Shown here: piece after piece, positions 18,897 to 29,000 of the stretch
Layout: each line of letters begins with the position of its first letter
How positions within the stretch are numbered: the first letter of the stretch is position 1
Assembly: GCA_965602015.1 (NCBI GenBank)
Contig: OZ271918.1
Location: forward strand, 576,001-640,000
DNA length: 64,000 bases
Direction: 5' to 3'
DNA from: Salinispira sp.
GTDB lineage: Bacteria; Spirochaetota; Spirochaetia; DSM-27196; Salinispiraceae
Position numbers and translations under genes: made by a program
Notes under the pieces: generated by a model
What the model saw: only the letters and a program-made list of their open reading frames with translations
Told to the model about the DNA's origin: nothing
The model's database searches: none

Positions 18897-20060
18897 TCAA
18901 GACTGGGCAATGAGGGTAATGATGCCCAAGGATCCGTCGACATGGATCGGGTCTCCGGCGGGGATGTGCTTTCCCTCCGCTACGGCATATACGTGGGGTA
19001 TTCCCCTTATGTGTGCGATAATTGCCCCGAGACCAAACCCGCTTCCGTGAAGCTCAACAATCGCCAGGGCCCTGTCTGCGGTTTCCGCGCTTTGAACGCT
19101 GATCTCATCACATACCAGAATCCCGGTTTCCGAATGTTCCCCCATGCTCAGCGCTCTTCCGGTGGCCCTGCCCGGCGCTCCGGGTTCTCCGATTATTTGA
19201 CGCAGCGCCGGGCCATCGAAAGCAGCAGCGCCGGTATCGGCTTTCCTCGCTACAGGCTGAGTCTGGTAGGCCTGCGGCAATGAGGAAGCTTGAGCCAGAC
19301 GCCACAACTCCCGGGCAGCAGATCCGAACCGGAGTCCGGCCTCATCGAGGAATAATTCCTCATTTCGGACACCGGCCAATACGCTCACCCATTGGAACGG
19401 GGAATCGGGCAAAAGGACCCTGTTGTACATCCGGCCGAACAGGATCCGGGATTCCATTTCATCTCCATGATCCGCCCTGAGATAAGCCCCTAGAGGATCC
19501 TCCGGGTGAAATAGAGCGTCCATTGGAATAATGTACTCGGATGTGTCCGGTCCGATAGCCCACAGCGTGCTTGTACTTTCCGGTGAATCGGGAATCTGCT
19601 CCGCATTTGTGTCAGGAGGCCGTAGGCTAATCTCCATACCCCGGGTAATGGCAGATAGCACAATACTTCGCTTCGCCGCGTCCCGATGAAAGGCGTACAG
19701 GGCGGCCGCCCGAATTTCCCGCAATGCCCGAAGGATTTCCGCCGGGCCTGATGCCAGGCACAGTCCAAAAGGATCGGTTCCGCCGATTGAGATAAGTACC
19801 CGATCAGCCCGATCATCGAGCCATGAAGCCAGGGCTTCCTCCAAAGAACCGGATACCGCGACGTGAAGGGCGGCCGACTCGGTCCGCAGAGCAGTCTCTG
19901 AATTGTCACATTGGGAAAGGAGATTCATCAGTTCAGACTCGTGAAAGCCAAGGGCGTCCCAGCTTATAGCCAAGGTGGGGCAGAGCCTAATCCCGCGCTC
20001 CTGCACAGAAGCAATGAACCTGGCGCGCAGGTCGAGCGGACCATCCCCGAAGACGGTCAT
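18897..20060 (-). CDS. Protein with a C-terminal PEP-utilising mobile (swivel) domain lacking the canonical His
   Basis: GEPGAPGRATGRA...ILVC...GSGFGLGAIIAHIRGIP...IHVDGSLGII. ATGA overlap with the upstream gene. Confidence 0.65.
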   Translation of the reverse strand: MTVFGDGPLDLRARFIASVQERGIRLCPTLAISWDALGFHESELMNLLSQCDNSETALRTESAALHVAVSGSLEEALASWLDDRADRVLISIGGTDPFGLCLASGPAEILRALREIRAAALYAFHRDAAKRSIVLSAITRGMEISLRPPDTNAEQIPDSPESTSTLWAIGPDTSEYIIPMDALFHPEDPLGAYLRADHGDEMESRILFGRMYNRVLLPDSPFQWVSVLAGVRNEELFLDEAGLRFGSAARELWRLAQASSLPQAYQTQPVARKADTGAAAFDGPALRQIIGEPGAPGRATGRALSMGEHSETGILVCDEISVQSAETADRALAIVELHGSGFGLGAIIAHIRGIPHVYAVAEGKHIPAGDPIHVDGSLGIITLIAQS

Positions 20061-20527
20061 TTGTCTCCGCCCTGCGCGGCATCCATGGAAGCGGTTTCGA
20101 TGACAAAGACATTTTGAAACCCGGCGACAACGTCGTATCTGCTCACATCGATGCAAAACAACTCGGAGTTTTTTGCAAAATCATCGAGGTTCGGGTGCCT
20201 GGAGCGATAAATGCGTTCATATTGACTGCGCTCGCTGTTTTTCAAAAGGCGGGCCTCCCCCCTGGCTTCAATTCCGCATATCTGTGTTAGACGTTCCGAG
20301 TCGTTGCTCCGGTCATCGACAAAGAAGGAGACCTTGGGATTTTCCATCAGATTTCGATACTTCCTCGTGCTGCTCGGGGTGGGAAAAATGATGCTGCGAA
20401 GATCATCTGCGGGGACGAAGGACACGATGGTGCTGTGCGGACCGCTTCCGTCGTTTGTGGCCAGTACGGCATAGAGCTGATCCCAGAGGATGCTTCGCAT
20501 CTTGATTATGATTTCATGGTATTCCAT
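20057..20527 (-). CDS. Pyridoxamine 5'-phosphate oxidase-like (split-barrel) protein
   Basis: AVLAT...GPH, TRKYRNL..NPKVS, IEARGEAR. Confidence 0.85.
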   Translation of the reverse strand: MEYHEIIIKMRSILWDQLYAVLATNDGSGPHSTIVSFVPADDLRSIIFPTPSSTRKYRNLMENPKVSFFVDDRSNDSERLTQICGIEARGEARLLKNSERSQYERIYRSRHPNLDDFAKNSELFCIDVSRYDVVAGFQNVFVIETASMDAAQGGDK

Positions 20528-21833
20528 TGTTTTCTCCAACATGCTGAATAGCCCGGGCGATCTGAGAAGGTCCGAGCGAACGAATCGTATCTGACCAGGA
20601 GTTAAGCTGTGATATCACCTCCGCAGACTGGATAGTGCGAAGGGCATCGGCGATTACCGTATCGCTGAGGGCATTGGGGTCGCAGACTGCTCCCAGACCG
20701 TAGCGTTCCACGTCCCTGGCGACATTGAATTGATCGCTTGAGAACGGCAAAACCACCATGGGACAACGGCAGTACAGCGACTCAGTGAACGAGCTCACCC
20801 CCCCGTGGTGAAAAATCACATCGGCTGCCGGGAGGAGGGCCCGCTGGGGTATAAACCGATCGGCAAACACGCTCCCCCCGAACTCTTCGTTTATGTCCGC
20901 AGCATGGCTTCCGGCACCGGCAAATATCCTCGCATCGGGACGGGCTGCCAAAATGCCCCGGATGAGTCTTTTTATTACATCGTCCCGGCTTGAAAGAAAG
21001 GTGCCCATCGCAATAATGACCGTGTAGGCTTCGCTTTGCATCCGGGCTTTCCATGTGTCGGGCAAGGTTTGCTCGGTAAAGCTGTGTCCGGTGAACAGGC
21101 GGCCCTTTGACCGTACCGAGGGGAAGGGCGGGTAGTTGCAGATGACTGCCCTGGAAGATGTGCAGGCGAAGGCCGATTCGACCCCGGGGATATTAAAACT
21201 CCCCTGAAGTATTGCATTGAATTTATCGGTGAAATTACGCTCAACTTCCCGGGCCGATTTTTCCAACCGCAGGAGGTCGTTTTTCCCCGGCTTTAAAGCT
21301 CGGGGCCACTGGGGCGGCACACTGTATATCATGGTCCCCGTGGGAATGCTGTGGGGATGGGGCGCGCAAAATGTCATAAATGGAAGACCGAGGCCGACGA
21401 GTGCAAGGGTCGCGCCGTAGGACAACTGATCCACTATCCACAAGGACGGCGATATTTCATGGTCAATTTCCCGGATAGACTCAATAAGCTCTTCAGGATT
21501 AGCAAACATATCGGAAATCCGGTGACGTCCCTGAGTAATAAGGGTCTCAACCGGTCCGAGCCTGGTGGCATCGAGGAACTCAACAAGCCGTCGGGCCTCT
21601 TCCTCAGCCTGTTTTGTTTCGACGGCCACCCCGCGGTTGGCATTCCGGTTAATATGGACTTCACGAAAATCCAATCCAAGATTTATCACATCGCCCTTAA
21701 ATTCCGGAGAACTACCCACAGTAATTTCCGTGCCCCGGTCCCGTAAGGCAGCCGCCAAGCTCATGAGGGGGGTAAAGTGGGAATAAAACGGGGGGGCGAG
21801 GATGCAAACCGACGGGTATTTTACTTCATCCAT
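20514..21833 (-). CDS. GT1 family (MGT/UDP-glycosyltransferase-like) glycosyltransferase
   Basis: N-terminal SHFTP..SLAAAL, PSPG-like box FIPQRALL...HHGGVSSFTESL...PFSSDQ. Confidence 0.88.
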   Translation of the reverse strand: MDEVKYPSVCILAPPFYSHFTPLMSLAAALRDRGTEITVGSSPEFKGDVINLGLDFREVHINRNANRGVAVETKQAEEEARRLVEFLDATRLGPVETLITQGRHRISDMFANPEELIESIREIDHEISPSLWIVDQLSYGATLALVGLGLPFMTFCAPHPHSIPTGTMIYSVPPQWPRALKPGKNDLLRLEKSAREVERNFTDKFNAILQGSFNIPGVESAFACTSSRAVICNYPPFPSVRSKGRLFTGHSFTEQTLPDTWKARMQSEAYTVIIAMGTFLSSRDDVIKRLIRGILAARPDARIFAGAGSHAADINEEFGGSVFADRFIPQRALLPAADVIFHHGGVSSFTESLYCRCPMVVLPFSSDQFNVARDVERYGLGAVCDPNALSDTVIADALRTIQSAEVISQLNSWSDTIRSLGPSQIARAIQHVGENNGIP

Positions 21834-23547
21834 GGTTGACCCTCCGGTAAAAATCTGCGAAATCCGCGGCAATCCGCTTCATGGAATAGCGGGTCTCTAC
21901 TGTCCTCGCGGCATTTTTGCCTATCGCCCGGGCCTTTTTGTCCGTAAGTCGGTCACATACCAACAATCTTCCCATTTCACGCTCCAGGCTTTCCGAGCTC
22001 TCAGTTGCGATCAAAAAGCCGTTGACTCCATGGCGGATATAACTCCCCGCCCCGCCTTTCAGGGGAGCGAGAACCACAAGACCCACGGACATGGCCTCTA
22101 AAATGGACAGACCGAACTCCTCTTTTATGCTCGGACAGATGTAAAGATCACCGTGATCAGTCCTGCGCTGCGAGAAATATGCCTGAATAGTCCTGATATC
22201 CCGGTTGCTGCGCCCCGGTAGATGACAGAACCTGCCGCTAAGCTCCGGACGAGGGGCCACGCAGGATCGGATGCCCTCTATGATCTCCTGTTCCTCCCGA
22301 TTCGGGTTTGCAAAATCGCCCCCGATAAGCACGAGGTTGTGGGTCTTCCAGGCATCGGCTGACCAGGCTTTCACCAGGGCAACCTGGTTTTTTATTCCCG
22401 CAAGACGACCCACGCTGAGCACGGTCCGTCGGTCCTGGTGCTCCGCCGTCAGGGCAAATTCCAGTGAAGGCGAGGTAAGCAGTGAAGGAATGTCGATTTC
22501 GGAAGGACTGATATGTGATTGAACGCCCTCATCAATGCCCGCGATTACCTTCCCCCGGGTATCTTCCAATTGAGGATAATAGGGCCACAGCTCCCTCTCG
22601 AGGGTTTTGGTCCCTATGGCCAGGATCCCGTCGGCCTTTGCCACCAGTTCGTCACCGATTAGAATCTTGTTAATATAGTCTATGGCGGTTTCTGAAGGGA
22701 GTTTTTTGATGTTCCCCTTTTGATCGATAATCTGTCTGTGGGGATCCGGGGTGATGGTTGCCACCAGCTTTGCCCCGGCGCTTTTCGCCGAACGGGCCGC
22801 CGCAAGAGATGCATCATCGAGGAATCTGACATGTACGATATCCGGCGACATCGCCGGGTGTCCAAAGGTTCTTCCCACTGAGTTGCCGATGTGAGAGCGG
22901 GCTTCCGGGAAGCCTCCGGGGGCCTCCTGTTCCAATTCGACAGATAGCCTGACAATGCTGTGACAATCGGTCAGGTTTTCCACTGGAACAAAGGGATAAG
23001 AGCTGCGGCCGCGGTCGTAGAGCACCAGGGTTGCAATCCCGCCGGCAGTGGGCGGTATGGCATTGCCCAGCTGGGTCAGCAGGGTGCCGATGCCCCCGCT
23101 TGAGCCCCTGCCGCTGCGCGTAGGATCTCCATAGAACATGCATTGAATAATCGAAACCGGGTGGGCGAGCTGGTGGCTGTATTCGTTGCCGTTTTCCGCC
23201 TCCTGTGCTTTTATCAGTTTCTCAAGTCCGGAAAAACGCGGATTTCCGTTTTTTGATCGGAGGAGATCGGCTGCGTCTTCCCGCCACTGGGGACGGGACC
23301 CGATGGCGTCGCTCAGATAGAGATCAAAGTAGCGGCTCTCGCCGGCGTGCTCGATTAACGAGAACACTTCCTGTTTATCCGACGTGTATCGCAGCGAGGC
23401 TGCCTCCAGGGTTCTTTGTGTTGATAAATCCGGGGACCCGCCAAATAGAGCATTTCCCAACTCCCGCACGCTGTTGCGATGGTCAATGTCCAGGTTTCCG
23501 CTGCGCTGCACATAGAGCCGATGTCGAATCTCAGAGAACGCGTTCAT
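21826..23547 (-). CDS. GT4 family glycosyltransferase (sucrose-phosphate-synthase-like GT-B) with N-terminal extension
   Basis: SSGGIGTLL, SVGRLAGIKN, PSIKEEFGLSILEAM, IRHGVNGFL. Confidence 0.85.
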   Translation of the reverse strand: MNAFSEIRHRLYVQRSGNLDIDHRNSVRELGNALFGGSPDLSTQRTLEAASLRYTSDKQEVFSLIEHAGESRYFDLYLSDAIGSRPQWREDAADLLRSKNGNPRFSGLEKLIKAQEAENGNEYSHQLAHPVSIIQCMFYGDPTRSGRGSSGGIGTLLTQLGNAIPPTAGGIATLVLYDRGRSSYPFVPVENLTDCHSIVRLSVELEQEAPGGFPEARSHIGNSVGRTFGHPAMSPDIVHVRFLDDASLAAARSAKSAGAKLVATITPDPHRQIIDQKGNIKKLPSETAIDYINKILIGDELVAKADGILAIGTKTLERELWPYYPQLEDTRGKVIAGIDEGVQSHISPSEIDIPSLLTSPSLEFALTAEHQDRRTVLSVGRLAGIKNQVALVKAWSADAWKTHNLVLIGGDFANPNREEQEIIEGIRSCVAPRPELSGRFCHLPGRSNRDIRTIQAYFSQRRTDHGDLYICPSIKEEFGLSILEAMSVGLVVLAPLKGGAGSYIRHGVNGFLIATESSESLEREMGRLLVCDRLTDKKARAIGKNAARTVETRYSMKRIAADFADFYRRVNHG

Positions 23548-24083
23548 TGAAACTCTATAGTCGGCCGGCTTTGACGAAGCGCCAGATATACAATAAGGTC
23601 GAATGCGAATAAAAAGCCGCCCTGGAGTATTAGAGCTGAGCCAAAACCCGAAAGCCGCGCGGAATCCGGAAGTCCTCGTCTGCTCCGTTCCAGTAAGGCC
23701 CAACCCGCTGCCATGTAGCCAATATCGAGCCCGGCATTAAAGAGAAGGGCGGATTCAAGGCGCCGCTGAATTTCATTGGCTGAAATAAAATCTTCCGAAG
23801 CGTCATTTCGCCCGGTCGTCAAAAGTCCGACCCCGGCAATCGAAAGATTAACCAGGTTCCACGCCGCGTTCATTTGGTGGAAATACCTGGTATCTTCCTG
23901 GGTCGAAAATGACAATGCTGTTCCAATAGCAATATTCCCCACTGCCCAGCCGCCCAGCACCGCCATGCCTCTCTGGGTGGTCACACGTCGCTCTGCAGAA
24001 TTTAATTCTACGGTCTGCCCAAAGATCGAATACGTGATGAGGAAAAACGCAGACAGGGCAATTACTTTGCGGTATTTTTTCAT
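23544..24083 (-). CDS. Membrane/secreted hypothetical protein (DUF6992-like)
   Basis: Signal peptide, GMAVLGGWAVGN, FHQMNAAWNLVN, NAGLDIGY, QGGFLFAFD. Confidence 0.65.
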   Translation of the reverse strand: MKKYRKVIALSAFFLITYSIFGQTVELNSAERRVTTQRGMAVLGGWAVGNIAIGTALSFSTQEDTRYFHQMNAAWNLVNLSIAGVGLLTTGRNDASEDFISANEIQRRLESALLFNAGLDIGYMAAGWALLERSRRGLPDSARLSGFGSALILQGGFLFAFDLIVYLALRQSRPTIEFQ

Positions 24084-24243
24084 GTGCCAGCCTTCTATGA
24101 AGCCTTCGTCCTGAAGGGCAGTTCGCAGCCCTTCTGTACTTATCCCTTTAACCATAGGTTCAATGGATGGGCTTTGCAAGGACACAGACACGTATCATAT
24201 ACCAATAAATTCAATGTCCGCGCGGAAAAAATGATCTGTGCGC

Positions 24244-24272
24244 TGTCACACGCTGCTATCCATAATCGTCTA
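24244..24272 (+). promoter_or_regulatory. ECF sigma-type promoter
   Basis: TGTCACA-N16-CGTCTA upstream of the two-gene operon that encodes an ECF sigma factor. Confidence 0.7.
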
Positions 24273-24317
24273 ATTACATGAACGGGGGAAAACCCCCATA
24301 GATTGAGGAGGTTTGCC

Positions 24318-24641
24318 ATGGGTAAACACGTGCGCCATCAGATTTTTTTCACCATCCTTCCCGGACGGGAAGACGATTTCAGGGCAATCAAACAGAAAAT
24401 GATTGCCGAATCCCTCACACTTGAGGGTCTGGTCTCAAGCACCAGTGCGAAGGTTTTTGATCTGGATAATACCTGGGTCGACACCATGGTATGGGAGAGT
24501 GCGGAGCATGCATTAGGCTCCCGAAACGCCTTCACATCCCTGCCGAGTGCATCAGGCTTTCTGTCGATGATGGCCGGTCCCCCCATAGCAGAGTATATGA
24601 TGGAGTTTGTCGCCGACGAAAATCCGATTCAAGGCGGATGA
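24318..24641 (+). CDS. Small dimeric alpha-beta barrel (ABM-like) protein
   Basis: About 107 aa, F.ILPG.E..F, WVDTMVWES. RBS GAGGAGG. Confidence 0.6.
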   Translation: MGKHVRHQIFFTILPGREDDFRAIKQKMIAESLTLEGLVSSTSAKVFDLDNTWVDTMVWESAEHALGSRNAFTSLPSASGFLSMMAGPPIAEYMMEFVADENPIQGG

Positions 24642-24703
24642 GCTCGGATCAACGGGCCGCAATAATTCGGCCCTCGCATTTTTATCGAATTCAGGTGTAA
24701 GCT

Positions 24704-25513
24704 ATGAACATGGATTGGAAAGAACTGTGCGCAAAGGCTTTGGACGGGCACCGCGAAAGTCTCGAAACCTTGATCAAGGAAGTGCAGGACAAGGTGTATT
24801 ATCTGAGCCTGCGAATGTTGGTCAATCCCGAAGAGGCACAGGACGCAAGTCAGGAAATCCTCATAAAGGTTGTTACCAAACTCTCCCAATTCAAAGGCGA
24901 GTCGTCTTTCCCGACCTGGGTTTACCGCATCGCATCCAACACCTTGCTGGACATTATCAGATCTTCCACCGGGCCTAAGGCAATGACCTGGGAACATTTT
25001 CAGGAGGAACTGCATACCGACTTGGAAGATCCCGGAGCCCTTTCTCGCAATCCGGAATACGCCCTCCTGCTTTCGGAAGTGCGAATGGGCTGCACTATGG
25101 CTATGCTGCTCTGCTTAGTCCCTGAGCAGCGGATAGCCTACATCTTCGGGGAAATCTTCGAACTTGAGAGCCGGGAATCATCGGAGGTGCTCGGTATCTC
25201 CGCAGCCAGCTTCCGCAAACGGCTCTCACGGGCGAAGCAGAAGGTGAAGTGGTTTATGGATGTGAATTGCGGTCTGATAAACCCCGATGCCCGCTGCAGT
25301 TGCGAACGCAGAGTAGTCCCCGGGCTACACAAGAAGCGGATTAATTCCCGGGGGCTTTATTACGCCGGACAAAATGGTCCCGAGTATGCCCTAATGAGGG
25401 AACGGATTCGCAATACATCCCGCGAGTTGCGTGCCCACTTCTCCCAACGGGACATACCGGTCTTTCACAGCCCAGAAAATTTCAGCGAGCAAATTCTCAA
25501 GGCTATCAGGTAG
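24704..25513 (+). CDS. ECF RNA polymerase sigma factor with Cys-containing C-terminal extension
   Basis: EAQDASQE, SSFPTWVYRIASN, region 4 RKRLSRA, extension CGLINPDARCSC. Confidence 0.9.
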   Translation: MNMDWKELCAKALDGHRESLETLIKEVQDKVYYLSLRMLVNPEEAQDASQEILIKVVTKLSQFKGESSFPTWVYRIASNTLLDIIRSSTGPKAMTWEHFQEELHTDLEDPGALSRNPEYALLLSEVRMGCTMAMLLCLVPEQRIAYIFGEIFELESRESSEVLGISAASFRKRLSRAKQKVKWFMDVNCGLINPDARCSCERRVVPGLHKKRINSRGLYYAGQNGPEYALMRERIRNTSRELRAHFSQRDIPVFHSPENFSEQILKAIR

Positions 25514-25534
25514 TTTGTGGTTCTTATTCTCCCG

Positions 25535-25575
25535 CGCAGTGATGGGGCGTTGCAGCTCTTAGTCTCCGAAGCCGA
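25535..25575 (+). repeat. 41-bp direct repeat, copy A (relic of a blaR-like 3' end)
   Basis: 37/41 identical to 29078-29118. All four differences are synonymous in the RSDGALQLLVSEAE frame. Confidence 0.9.
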
Positions 25576-25602
25576 ATCTCGACAAAAACTATGACAAGAT
25601 AG

Positions 25603-25641
25603 TTGACTATGCATGTAGTCAATGCGACTATGTATGTAGTC
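25603..25641 (+). promoter_or_regulatory. Tandem BlaI/CopY-type operators
   Basis: TTGACTATGCATGTAGTCAA palindrome and a second GACTATGTATGTAGTC 21 bp downstream, directly before the repressor gene. Confidence 0.8.
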
Positions 25642-25661
25642 ATTTTTTGAGGGAGGGTTGC

Positions 25662-26075
25662 ATGTCAGGTAAATCCGATAATAGAAACCGTGAGAGCCTG
25701 GGCGAACGGGAGCTGGAAATTTTAAAAATCATCTGGAGCCACCCGGAGTTGGGGGTTCGGGACATTCACCGACTCGTAGAGCAGGGGGGGAGTGCTTTGG
25801 CCCGAACGACGGTTCTTACCCTTATTCAGCGGCTAGAATCTAAAGGTTTCATCGAAAGGATTGATGGAGAACAGCCTGCACGATACCGGGCCCTTGAAAA
25901 ACGCGAATCCGTGCTGTCGCGGCTTTCAAAGTCCTTTGTCCACAAGATACTCGACGGCTCCCTGAAGCCGCTGATGCAGAGTTTTCTCTCCGATCAACCG
26001 AGCGAAGAGGAACTTGATGCTCTGCAAGCTCTCATCGATGAGCATCGCGAGGTCAAGAGGGGCGATGATAAATGA
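25662..26075 (+). CDS. BlaI/MecI/CopY family repressor
   Basis: LGERELEILKIIW, LARTTVLTLIQRLESKG, SFV..ILDGS. Confidence 0.93.
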   Translation: MSGKSDNRNRESLGERELEILKIIWSHPELGVRDIHRLVEQGGSALARTTVLTLIQRLESKGFIERIDGEQPARYRALEKRESVLSRLSKSFVHKILDGSLKPLMQSFLSDQPSEEELDALQALIDEHREVKRGDDK

Positions 26076-29000
26076 GTGTTGTACAACAGCTTGGCGTCAC
26101 GGTTTTACATAGCCTATGGCAGGGGTTCTTTGTGTATCTCATTTCCCGAATGCCTGCATTAAAATCATTGGTTGAATCGTCCAGAATACGGCTGATCTTT
26201 GCGCTTATCATCTTTCAGGTGGCTTTGAGCATTGCAACCTTCGGAATAGTTTCCGTATCTCATTTTAACTCGTCTTTCGGTCTGCAAGAGGCAGATCTCT
26301 CAGCGTCTGGCGGGGATCAGATGGAAGGTACCCGCGATTCCCTATCTGATCAGAATCCCGGAGATCTGGTTTTAGGAAATGGCGAAACGTCAGTCGCTGT
26401 TGCGATCGATGAGGGCGGCAGGTTTGCTGGTCTGTGGTCTATTGCAATGAGGTTTGTCGGAATGATGTGGTTTCCCGGAGTGCTGACAAGCATCTTCTTC
26501 TCTCTCTTCCGCCTTTCGGGGACCAAGCGACTGGGTCAACAGCTAACGCCAATTGATCAGCCGGATATCCGGCGGATAAATCAATGCTGTGCCAGTACGC
26601 TTGGTATACCAATATCGGGGCTGTATCATCATAAAAGAATTATGAGCCCCGTGGTTTTAGGATTGCTTCGCTTTAGCATCATTCTGCCGGTGGCCATGGT
26701 CAATTCACAGGATGAGAATTTAATTCGGGCGGTGCTTCTGCACGAATACCAGCACATTTTCTTTCAAGACGGGCTCTGGCAATACCTGGCTGAAATCCTC
26801 GGGGCGCTCTACTTTTTCCACCCCGCCATACGGGAAATGATACGGGAAATGCAGGTTCTTCGAGAAATGAGGGCTGATGACGGTGCCGCAAAGGTGCTCG
26901 GCGATCCCGTCGCATACAGCCAGCTGTTGGTTGACTGGGGCCGAGGAGCCCTTCCCGCCACCATCAAAACCGGCTTAAGCGCGTTTTCTGGTTCTACCGG
27001 GGATCTGCGAAGTCGCATACAGCGGCTTCTTGGTTTCAAGGTTCAGCCACAGCGCAGAAGTCTTTCTCTGGTTGCGCCACTACTTTTGGCTTCGGTGATT
27101 CTTGCGCTGATTTTTGCCGGTGGAATAGGGGCTAGCCGGGGAATAAGCGCCCTTCAACATCAGCAAAACTTGTCGGAGCTGGCAGAAATATCCCAAAAGC
27201 TGGGTACCGGAATAGATGCAGTCCGGGAAATGCCCTACCGGATAGAAGTGCAATACCAAGGCGATTTGGAAGAAAGAGAGCCTCCCCAGCTTCACATCGT
27301 CTATGGTTCAGACCTGATGAGCGCTTCTTCATCCGAAAAAGGAAGAAAACAGGGCGATGTGATTATCTACGAAGGCAGCGTTAATGCTTCCTACATAAAC
27401 TTTTCATTTCAGGACCTGAGATGGGCTCCGTGGTTTTCTCAGCGTATTGCAGAAGTTCCGGAGAGCGGTCGTATCGAGATGTCGGTAAATCTCCTCAAAA
27501 CCGAACCGACCCGCATCGCATTCATTTCCGAATCGGGTTCTCCGGTTGACCTGCCCAGCCTGGTATTTATGTTCGAACCAGTTAATAGTCAAGTATCTGC
27601 TTTTCCCCATATCCCCGTCGATCTACAAGATGATGGAAGTGTTGTGGTTTATACCGATCCGCTCCAGCCATATGCCCTCACGTTTTTAGCCCGTGCTCCT
27701 GGTTATGCAGATATTGAAGAAACAGTAAATCCGGATGGAGAAATGGTTTTTACCTTACACGCAGTGGTCGCCAGTCGCTTTCGCGTTCTTGATTTGAACG
27801 GAAGGCCGATGAGAAACCATGGTTTTTCAGTCATTCCCGGGTATTTTGATGAGATTTCCCATGACCCGCCCGAACAGATTTACAGTGATGAAGCGGGATA
27901 TATTGAGCTGATTCTTTCTCCCCGATACCGTTCAACTGTTCTGTCCTATGGGGGGCCGGAGTTTACCGCTTATGCGGTCATCGACCACGATACCCCTGCC
28001 CGCCGAATTCGATTCGAGGACCAGAGGTTTTCAGGTGCCATTACCGGGGTAATGGGTGACCAGGTCCATATCTCATTTCGCTTTAATATAGACACCCAGT
28101 ACAGCAGTACCAGGCAGGATGAGATAGGCGTTGATATAGAAGCAGGCAAGGCTGAGTTTTCTCTTCCCCTCGAGTGGCCGGTGACCGGCTTCGACGTCCA
28201 TCGCCAGGGGCAGTTTCTCTATGCTGCCGATTGGGACATCCGTAACGACGAACCTGTTGAAATTAGCTTGCAGGAATGGCAACCCGGTCAAGCAGCTGAT
28301 GCTTTGAGCTCCAGGGAAATAGAGTTGGCTTTTCGAACGCCGGAGGGACTTCCTCCGGTAAATGGGAATATTTCCCTGGAGATGCTGGGAGCCTCAAGAT
28401 TCGATGATTACGGGTATGAAAATCATTTTGGTTTTGTCTATGCAGATGTGGTAAATGGACGAGCTGTCATACATCTGCTCAGCAACATTGAGCAGGTAAA
28501 AATCGATAGCTTTGAGGTTTCGGGTTACTACTTCGATTCTTCGCCGATTCCTGTGCCTGCTGAGGCCGGACAGGTTGCCATCTCGTTGCACCCCGCCGCT
28601 TCGGTATCTGGGAGTGTTAGATTCAGCAATGGCTCGGCTCCCAGGAATGCGCATATTGTGCTGCGGGATGAAGATGATAGTATAGTTGACCAGGTAAACT
28701 CGCGAAACGGAAACTATCAATTCTCCAGCTTGACTCCTGGTAAGCGCTATAGCATTTCGGCAAGCGCGGGAATGTCCGGGGATTCTATCCGCAGGTTTAG
28801 AGCTTCAGGTGACGGATCACCAATTTTTGCGGACCTGAGGATTTCCCGTGGAAAGGATATCGTCATCAACCTGATCGATGACGTGGGCAATCATATACCT
28901 GGGGCGACGCCTGAAATTCGCTATGAGCATCGAAATCGAGACGCCAGCGGCCTGGTCAGTGTTTCTGAGTTTCCCTACACTGTGTATAATTTTGATCCCC

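Noticed and set aside
18897..20060. Rifampin phosphotransferase or PEP synthase
   Set aside because: Too short, no ATP-grasp domain, and the catalytic His is absent.
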